Assembly (NCBI GenBank): GCA_034226945.1
Contig: CP120455.1
Coordinates: 310,001-374,000 of the forward strand
Origin: Picochlorum sp. SENEW3
Lineage: Eukaryota
DNA length: 64,000 nt
Reading direction: 5' to 3'
Made by a program: the position numbers and the translations under genes. This document shows positions 55,703-64,000 of this stretch, in pieces; positions within the stretch are counted from its first letter, which is position 1; each line of letters opens with the position of its first letter. Under the pieces are notes generated by a model. It worked only from the letters and a program-made list of their open reading frames with translations. It did not search any database and was not told where the DNA came from.

Positions 55703-57316
55703 TCAAATATTTTTTGATTTATTTGTCGGCAGAATGCCATCTGCGGTCAAAAGAGGCATGACAGCCTCAAGAAAGTCATGCTGAAATCTCTCATCTGAGA
55801 ACCTTGACGAGCGCCTACGTGCTGCTCCAGACATGGCCAACCGTGCATGTGTATCCATTCGAAGAACCTCTGTCAGAGCACGACTGTACTGCTCCACAGA
55901 GTCACAGAGATACCCCGTCTCCTGCATCTCACCATCAACAGGCTCTGGTTTCACAATATCAGTTTGTGGGCCACCAGAAGCATGTGCTATTGGAATGGCG
56001 CCTGCTGCCATGTATTCGACAACACTTATACCGAAATGTTCATCCCTCATACTGTGGGTTCCCGCGATTGCATTTCCTAGCATGGTTCGAAGATCAGAGA
56101 AGGGAACATTGATGCAAAACTCCACACAAGAATCATCCAATCCTAGCTCTTTAGCCTTGTACTTCAACATGTCGACTCGTTCATAATCTTTATCACCTCT
56201 GCAACCGCCTGCTAAGATCAATTTCGTTTGCATGACGAGCTCTGCCAACTCTGCATCCTGCATATGGCGTGCTGCATTTCGTGCATGTGCCAATGCCTGC
56301 AACTGAATCTCATGGTTCTTCTCCGGGCGGAATTGAGCGATCGATAACACTGTTATAGTCTTGAGGCGTTTATCCAAATCTAGTTTCCGCAAATCTTCGG
56401 TATCACAAGGAGGATATACGAGAGCAATGCTTTCTGTCCCACCATGCATCCACCAAATATCTTCTATGTGGGATTTCGTCCACGAGGAATTTACCATACA
56501 GATATTTGCAAATCCTCCGCACAATCCATATATGAAGGCAAAGATGTGATAATATACAAGCTTCAAATATGAAAAGATCCCACTGGATGCAAGGCTACTA
56601 GAATTGTTAAATGCAGCTTCTCTATTCTTGACCCGTAACAACATGTCCGATGAAATCGTGGGATAGTGTACGTATGCTATCACATGTGCACCCAGCATCC
56701 TGATGAGAGGATATGGAAATGCCCACCCTGTGGTGTCAATCCAGACCTGAGGCACCAGTCCATCAAGTGCTTCCACGGCCACAATGACTGAGGCAATGGC
56801 TTGACACACCATGGTCAACCGAGGATACCTAGACGGATCAAGAAAATGACGCTTTCTCAATGGTACCACGGAAAAGTTGGGAAGAATATCCAGATTGAAT
56901 CTAGACTTTGCAGCATGCACCAGATCCGTCACAGTACTGGATGCACTGCAGTAAATGTAGACATCTGCCTCTGGATGACAGGTTTGAATACTGTGCACAG
57001 CAGCCCTGAATGCATCATTATTATATAGTTAGCCTTGTTCACGAGGATGCCGGCAGGCAATCTAATGACACGTACCAAAGCACTCGTTCCCCACCACCTC
57101 CACATTCTGCAAAGGGATGAAAAAATGCAATAGAGCCCTGGAAAAGGACATGACATCTTGATGTTAGAAAATTCTATTGGATAGGTATCTACACATGTGT
57201 ATCCTCACCTTTTTCGGAGGCGAAAAACGACGCCTGCTGGCAAGAATTAGACCAAGAACCACCACAAGGAACAACAGAGGAACGGTTAGCAACCACCACA
57301 AAGCGCTGAACTGCAT
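55703..57316 (-). CDS. ALG11: Alpha-1,2-mannosyltransferase (spliced)
   Basis: N-terminal TM; FFHP, GGGERVLW, AYVHYPTISSDM, VNSSWT, YPPCD, AQFRPEKNH, EHFGISVVE. Confidence 0.93.
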
Positions 57317-57876
57317 CACAGGCTCACCCATTAAGTTGTATAAAGACCTTTCCAATGGAACATTAAAGGGCTCGACAGATCCTATCCGCGGCCAGACGCA
57401 ACAGATCGACACTCAATTGAGCAAAAGTAATTCACACAACGTTCAGCTGTTCGGCGGAGTTTTACGTACCTGTAGAATATTCATGACATCATACTACTTG
57501 AAAAGGAAGGGTGAAATTAATTAAACCATTGGAATGTGAGTGCAGAGAGTGGAGCAAATATGCTCGTTGCAGTTTGACCGAAAGATCTTTTATGAAAGAT
57601 CTTTCAGACTCTCTCTCATGGCTAGGGGCACTCTGGTGAGCCTGTGCTCTTGACTGTGTTGTTTCCACCGTGGATGTAAGCACACATCGTATTTGAGTTC
57701 TTCTTTCTGAGCAATAAGCAGTGTGGATAGACGTAGTTTCGCGTTACATGCAAATGCCTTGTAATGATGATTGCCCAAATGGGGCTGAAGAAAAACAAAC
57801 TTCCTGTAGTAGTACTGTTGTGGTATGCCCCATTGGCACACGCATGCATCTAAGATAGACATGTGTATTGAATGAA

Positions 57877-60800
57877 TCATTGCATATATTTGAGTCCATA
57901 GGTATTAATCTCAATTCCCCCATGGGTTTCATCTTCCTGAAACAATGTCACGACATTGGTGTCTGTCAGGTGGGGGAATTTCTTGTCACTGAGAACCATG
58001 GACTGACCAGTTGTAAGCAATCTAAATATGCCGAGAGACAAAAGCTCAAAATCTTTTGCGGATTCTGCTTTGAAATTTAATTTTATGGTCTCGAATCTGG
58101 GTAATGGGTAGCCCCATGTCAAGCTTTGATGGGCCTTGGCCAGCCAGCAGGCAACGATAACGTGGACAGCATCAGGGCTGATGGAGGTGAGGCCAAGGGA
58201 ATCTCCCCATTCATTGAGCCCGCTTTCTTCCAGCCGATTCACCGAATATATAGGCTTTGGAAGTTGATAGAATCTGAAAACTCCGATGTCGTGCAAGTCG
58301 CTGCACATCTCAATGGCCAAGTCATGGTGTTTGTTTTTGATCACCATCTTGATGATATTGACGAGGCGTGCAATGAACTCCTGGTCATCACGATCTCCCA
58401 ATCCTCCTTGTCTAACATTGGAAATGCTTTCCTTGACTTCTAAAGTTATATCCTTGCTCAACCACACATTGGTCAATTCGAGAAACATGTCCTCTTGGGA
58501 TGGCATCTGAGAAGCCTTGCCTGAGCTGCTCAGGCTAATGGTTCGGGAAACAGGAGTTGGCTGATGCTCCGATGGATGCTCTTCCTCAGAGTAGTGGACG
58601 ACAGCAGTATCTGAACTTTCCATCTCTGTGTAGAATAGAGATCCTCTGGCATTGGTGGACTCCTCAGATTTACTATTCATGGCAGAGGTTCCAATGACCT
58701 GTGCTGCAAGCATGGGGTCAATGTGTACTCCATGGTGCTGGATGGAGTCAAGAATTTTGCTGAATGTATTGGAATTCTCTGCATTCGATGCATTCCTCAA
58801 CAGTCTTGAATACATATTTTCCACAGTGGCAGGCCTCGAGTGGCCAGCTCTGGAGACGGCTTCGCACAGAGTTAAGGCCAAGTGCCACTCCTGTTCCTCC
58901 AGGCATCTGTCAAGACCCTGAAGAAGAACGGCTTCGTTTAATTCCACTGAATTCATCACTAGAGATACTATTGCATGGATTGATCTCCCGGTTTCTCCGG
59001 TCTGCAAGCTCGCAAGTAAAACATGATTCATAGTCTGACTGTCGGGGGCCAGCTGGCTTTTCGTCATGGTCTCATAGAATGCAAGCGCATGCATGTTATC
59101 GCCAGCCTGTTGGCTGATTTGGATCAGATAGCAGTATGTGTCTTTGTCGGGTCGTAAATAATCTGCTCGAGAAATCTGATGATAGAGTGTAATCGCGTGA
59201 GAAAGCATCCTTTCTTTCTCATCCTGGGACTCCTCATGGGCAATATTCCGGGATATGGTCCGCAAAATCACGTTTGCCGGAGACAATGAGCTGTTCATCC
59301 TCTCCCATTTTGTATCTCTTCTGCTCAAAAGAGTTTCAAGTAGCTTGCATGCTGGAGACCACTTATTCTGGCGACAGAGAAAGTCGATCAAAGAGCAACA
59401 AATACCAACTGATGGGAGGCTTTGGGCCTCTGCCATCAGATCTAAAAGTCGCACCACCCAGTTTGTATCATTGTACCGCACCAAAGCTGCAAATATTGTC
59501 TCTGAGCTTTCAGAGATGGATTTGGGGTCTGTTTTCAAGCCCTCCTGGAATGTCTCCAGCCCCTCAATCAGCATGTCACATCGCACACAGGCAGTTACCA
59601 GTAATGCAGAACAACTTGACTTGAACCTGTTGTACTGATTAATCCATTCAATTGCTTCATGTAAAAGAGAGGAGTTTTGACCGTCCTTTGCAGCAGTGAT
59701 GCAGCATTGAAACGTCACCAGGTTTGGGGTTATTTCTCTCCGTCTCATGTCACGAAAGACCATCTCCAGGTGCTTCACTTGGAATGCATTAGCGCAAGCC
59801 TTCAGCGTCGTATTATAGGAGACAACATCAGGTTGCATACTCTCATCTTCATTCCAAAGAGATTGCAAATAATCGACAGCCCTTCTCCATTGTGTTGGCC
59901 TTGCTCTGGCATAGGCTGCCAGCAGAGAGTTGCAGCACACCCTATTGGGTGTAATTCCTGATGCATGAGAAAAGTCGATATTCCGAGAAGAATCGGACCA
60001 TCCATTCCCCACTGTTGTCGTCTGAGCCACCTGGGGGAAGCATGATATCGATCGCCGCAGACTCGTGTTTCCATTCTGGACGTCATCTGTGGACAAATGA
60101 GAGAAATCCAACATCAAGTCTTGGGTCATACGACTGTCCACAGAGGACAGAGAATCTCTCCTGCTTGCACCATCTTCACTTGAAACAGTGAATGAATGCT
60201 CTGAATTATGAGAAGGACCCTCAATGTTTGTGTTATTTGCTAAAGATCCCTCTATTCCCGAGAGTGGAGCTGCAAAATTCCCATCCGCCACTGGGCTGCA
60301 AATGAACCCAAGGGACCGAAAGTCATCTTCCGCAACACTCGCGTCTTCATTCACCGGTGGCAGATTTGATGATGGCATTCCACTATTATGACGGACAACA
60401 GCCTTTAATACTGAGTTTGGTGACGTAAAATCTGGCAATGCTGACGAAGAACTACCTGTCGGTGCAGACCACATGTCCTGGACACTAGTTGCATGTGAAT
60501 TTCCTCCTCCTTTCATGTGATAAAAAAGTGCCTCGGCCATTTCCCATTGACCACTCTTCTCTAAAGCATTGATCAAAGAGCAGCACGTCACCACATCCGC
60601 CTTAATACCAGACTTTTTCATGTGATCAAAAACCTTCAAAGCTCCTTCCCATTGCTTCCCCTTTCCCAGGGAACTAATCGTCGCACTATACGTAATCGCG
60701 TCCCTTGATATCTTCATCTGATCCATCTTATCAAAATACTCCAGTGCCTTCTGCCATTGACCCCCTCTGTCACAGGCCGAAATCGCAGCATTCGCAAGGG

Positions 60801-61131
60801 CAGTATCAGGTTCACACATGCCCATATTGATGGACGTCTCAAACAGCTCCAAAGCTTTTTTCCAAAACCCTTCCTTGCCGAGACGACTCATTATTTTTGT
60901 CAAACCAGGAAGTCGAGGTCGAAATGTGGACCTCATCAGTATTTCAGCCACCTCACCATCCCTCGCCTCCAGCAATGCTGCGGTCAATTCTCTCATATCA
61001 TGTGTCCCACGCTTCTCCCCGCTCTGCCTCGCTCGCCGCCCTTGCTGTCGCCTGCCACTATCATTATTTGGGGTTTGAGAACCCCTGTAACCCCTTCCTC
61101 GCCCGTTGGTCTTTGCATATTCACCGACCAT
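57877..61131 (-). CDS. Pentatricopeptide-repeat protein with possible degenerate Smr-like C-terminus
   Basis: Repeats NAAISACDRGGQWQKAL, TYSATISSLGKGKQWEGAL, PDVVSYNTTLKAC; first ATG at 61131. Confidence 0.85.
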   Translation of the reverse strand: MVGEYAKTNGRGRGYRGSQTPNNDSGRRQQGRRARQSGEKRGTHDMRELTAALLEARDGEVAEILMRSTFRPRLPGLTKIMSRLGKEGFWKKALELFETSINMGMCEPDTALANAAISACDRGGQWQKALEYFDKMDQMKISRDAITYSATISSLGKGKQWEGALKVFDHMKKSGIKADVVTCCSLINALEKSGQWEMAEALFYHMKGGGNSHATSVQDMWSAPTGSSSSALPDFTSPNSVLKAVVRHNSGMPSSNLPPVNEDASVAEDDFRSLGFICSPVADGNFAAPLSGIEGSLANNTNIEGPSHNSEHSFTVSSEDGASRRDSLSSVDSRMTQDLMLDFSHLSTDDVQNGNTSLRRSISCFPQVAQTTTVGNGWSDSSRNIDFSHASGITPNRVCCNSLLAAYARARPTQWRRAVDYLQSLWNEDESMQPDVVSYNTTLKACANAFQVKHLEMVFRDMRRREITPNLVTFQCCITAAKDGQNSSLLHEAIEWINQYNRFKSSCSALLVTACVRCDMLIEGLETFQEGLKTDPKSISESSETIFAALVRYNDTNWVVRLLDLMAEAQSLPSVGICCSLIDFLCRQNKWSPACKLLETLLSRRDTKWERMNSSLSPANVILRTISRNIAHEESQDEKERMLSHAITLYHQISRADYLRPDKDTYCYLIQISQQAGDNMHALAFYETMTKSQLAPDSQTMNHVLLASLQTGETGRSIHAIVSLVMNSVELNEAVLLQGLDRCLEEQEWHLALTLCEAVSRAGHSRPATVENMYSRLLRNASNAENSNTFSKILDSIQHHGVHIDPMLAAQVIGTSAMNSKSEESTNARGSLFYTEMESSDTAVVHYSEEEHPSEHQPTPVSRTISLSSSGKASQMPSQEDMFLELTNVWLSKDITLEVKESISNVRQGGLGDRDDQEFIARLVNIIKMVIKNKHHDLAIEMCSDLHDIGVFRFYQLPKPIYSVNRLEESGLNEWGDSLGLTSISPDAVHVIVACWLAKAHQSLTWGYPLPRFETIKLNFKAESAKDFELLSLGIFRLLTTGQSMVLSDKKFPHLTDTNVVTLFQEDETHGGIEINTYGLKYMQ

Positions 61132-61938
61132 CCTTGTGTGTTTCTTCGCTCTTCTTCTTTTGGGTACCACAAATCACGTTGCACTCTTTGATATACATGT
61201 ACGGAACAAATTCTCACAGTATCTGAGTATACATTATACTCGTTCCAAAACCTCAATAATGATCACATGCACGGGATAGATATCATTCACGATCTGCAGC
61301 TGGCAGTACCACTCTCGTGACTCTTGTCCAGCGACTGGGTATCTATCCACACAAGCACTCGTGCGGCTGCACAAAAACTATATATGTCGTCATAAAACAT
61401 ATTCATGTTCCAATTCCACCAGTACGATGCTCAGAAACACGAGCGTTCCCCACGCCTCCCGACCTCTGCCCTGCTGGTGGCTCTCGTGTCGCCCAAATGA
61501 CCCTCGCAGCGGCTATCTACTAAAAACCATATTCCTTCCCTTCAAATCCACCATTTGAATTGTCAACTCACCTGTAGGATTAAAAATATTCCCACGTGCC
61601 ACAAAAGCAACCCAGACAAGCAGGAGGACCCAGCGGTTGCTCTTTTGCGTGCTTTTCAACAAAGATCGTACACGCAGAATATATAGCCTGTGTGCGTCCA
61701 CGTTCTTTTTATACTGACTACCGGATGTAGTATCATGCGTTCTAGTATCGGAATGGTAGATTGGGGTCGTCCTAGGTGATATTTCCGAGGGTGGCCGGGA
61801 TGTCCTGTGGGACCAATGCCCCATCCGGACCCACAGTGAATGCCATGAATCCACATGTGGGGAGTGCATGAAGCCTCATGTCAGATCGCCTTCGTCAGAC
61901 GTATCATCATTGTCTCATACATACAAAATAAATCATAT

Positions 61939-62712
61939 TTACACCTCATCGACAACGCGAATGCCATTCTTATCGATGATTTTAATAATGTATTTAGGGG
62001 GTGCAACAACCAATCGTGACTTGACCTCCTCAATCCCTACAGCAACATCATATCCTCTACATCATACGAAACACAAAAAGAGAAGAAAAGACGCAAGAAT
62101 CACGTACCTTTACGCATCATATTCAATGCATCTGCCTCGGTCAAATCTTTCCTCCAAAGCTTGTCAAACAGAGACAGAACAAAGTACGATCCATACCCAC
62201 TTCCACAAATATTCTGCTCGTGCATGGTTGCCAGATAATCACACCAATACAGAGAAGGACCACAGTGCTCATCATACCCCCCAATCAATAAGTTTGTCTG
62301 ATACGGGGACTTTCTGAGAGCTGTGGCCAACTCATTCCTTGTAAAATTAGCCACTGCCTTTGTGCTCAAATCCACACCGTTTCTAAACGCGTATAATCTA
62401 ACATTTGCTGTGATGAACTCTGTAAAATTGACACGATCACCGGCCTCTCCACTGATGGCAAAGAGCTTGTGTGAATCAATTGGGACAAGTTTGTCCTCAT
62501 CCTGCTTCATTGTGACAATGCTTTGAACAGCCGAGGTGTCACTGCATAGCATGACGAAATCCGGTCCTCGAATACCTACAGGCATATCACAGTCATGATG
62601 AAAAAGAAGGCGTGAGGCAGAAGAAGAAGGAAAGAAAAAAGAACCTGCTGGGTTCTTTTTTGCCACTGGACCATCCGGTTGGTTTTCCAAACACACCTGC
62701 CAAGAAATCCAT
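61939..62712 (-). CDS. PBD1: 20S proteasome subunit beta type-2 (beta4)
   Basis: MDFLAG/IRGPDFVMLCSD; introns 62576-62696 and 62037-62107; GEAGDRVNF, PYQTNLLIGGYD, IIDKNGIR. Confidence 0.93.
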
Positions 62713-63246
62713 ACTCTATTATTAATATTGTTTTATACTCGTGTTTATATCCTATCCTATCGCTTTCCTGGTCCAAGAAGAAAGCGATCGACAAATCAAA
62801 CAATCAGTCAGTCAGTCGCGTTGGCACCGACGGTCGGAAAGAAGGACTACTATTTTGTTTGCTCAATGGTTTCGTTATTAGATTTATATATCGACGCATC
62901 AGTGCTCGTGCTGTTGACTCGTATCGTCGGTTGCCTTCCCGATGTTTTTAATGTCTTGTTTAGGGACCATTGTCTCCTTAAAAAGGACAAAACGGAGCAT
63001 ATGCTCTCTTCTCCTCTGCATTGGTACAAGACACGTTGAAGGTCTTCTGTATCCGGTCATTCAATTGAAACAAATTAAGTTGACGACTATGTCGTTCTGA
63101 CAAGGAACCATACGAATGAAACACGGGCCTTGTTTTTTCTAGCCTCACATGGAAACGTTTGCCTTTCCTGTCGAGACGCTGTTATATTACGACGACAATT
63201 GCCACTACTTTCAGAATTAATAACAAACAGTAATACGTGAGGACTG

Positions 63247-64000
63247 ATGGCGGAAGCGTCTCCGAGTGGGGTTGTGACACCACGGACTCAACGACCAATG
63301 AATAGCAATACGGGACCCCACCTCATGCCTGACGGGCGACCATTTGGCGCCTTTGTGGTGGAGTCTCGTACTCCTGAGAAGCGCGCTCGAACAAAGCATC
63401 AACGTGCTAGGAAGAAGATACCGCAACATGGATGGACGGTGGCATCCAGTGCTGGGGCTTGGCTATCCTGTTTGGATGAGACTGAGGTGAATTCACTGAA
63501 TAAATTAGGGCAGAGGAAGCAGAGGCGCTACGTCAATGACTTTTTACTGAGAGAAATGACGGCCGAGTTGACAGCAGACGGTATTGATGCGTTGTTCAAG
63601 CCCGTTCCGTTTGGTAATGTACATGCCCCAAAGTCTGCTTTTTACCAGGTCTCTCAGGACGATGACGTTCATGTCCTGTGGCAGATGTTTCTTTCTGTGA
63701 ATGCTGACACGCAGGAGAGAATACTTAAGAAATGGGAAAAGCATGTGAGGGAGCTTCGAGAGGAGATGCATCATCATGGCACTGCTCAAGATGATGGCCA
63801 AGAACAACAACCATATCCAAGTCTGGAGGAGAGGAAGAAGGCCGTGGCGCAGGATTATGCACGCCGATGGCGGAAGAATGTATCATTGAGCGGCAAATCT
63901 GCGTTGAAAAAGACGCATCGACAGACTTTGTATGATATAGAATCATATATGTTGCCATGTCTCTCGGGAGAGGTATCTTTTGCGGATGTGCATGCTGAGG
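63247..64000 (+). CDS. R3H-associated N-terminal domain protein (R3HDM4-like), truncated by the window end
   Basis: Open frame from ATG 63247: LGQRKQRRYVNDFLL...WQMF...QERIL; absent from the ORF track because no stop falls in the window. Confidence 0.7.
   Translation, partial: MAEASPSGVVTPRTQRPMNSNTGPHLMPDGRPFGAFVVESRTPEKRARTKHQRARKKIPQHGWTVASSAGAWLSCLDETEVNSLNKLGQRKQRRYVNDFLLREMTAELTADGIDALFKPVPFGNVHAPKSAFYQVSQDDDVHVLWQMFLSVNADTQERILKKWEKHVRELREEMHHHGTAQDDGQEQQPYPSLEERKKAVAQDYARRWRKNVSLSGKSALKKTHRQTLYDIESYMLPCLSGEVSFADVHAE

Noticed and set aside
61793..61836. Interleaved stems suggesting an H-type pseudoknot
   Set aside because: Loop lengths (1-nt L3, 10-nt L2) do not fit, and there is no slippery site or ORF context.
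1..64000. CRISPR arrays, transposons, viral inserts, rRNA
   Set aside because: No spaced repeats, terminal repeats, transposase/RT/capsid motifs or rRNA-like sequence seen; nearly all the sequence is explained by host genes.

Overview
Very gene-dense eukaryotic nuclear DNA, most likely from a compact-genome chlorophyte green alga (Picochlorum-like; this is an inference from plastid-targeted genes, short GT-AG introns of about 60-150 nt, UGUAA poly(A) signals and tiny intergenic gaps). About 45 protein genes can be supported. I found no rRNA, tRNA, transposon or CRISPR. The strongest feature the ORF track misses is a complete selenoprotein T gene: signal peptide, a CKS-UGA (CxxU) motif, and a type II SECIS element with a UGUAA signal, packed into the 118-nt gap to the convergent neighbour. 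Other highlights: a bacterial-type SUFU/immunity-domain gene carrying an intron; an ABCG transporter with an EF-hand inserted between the NBD and TMD; a GIY-YIG protein with an extra prokaryote-like C-terminal domain; an HSP20-like gene preceded by two perfect heat-shock elements; a RIB72/EFHC1-like DM10 protein; and three small spliced genes largely or wholly absent from the ORF track (TUSC2-like, SVIP-like, coiled-coil). All family calls come from motifs recognised by eye and all gene models were spliced by hand; no database search was run.
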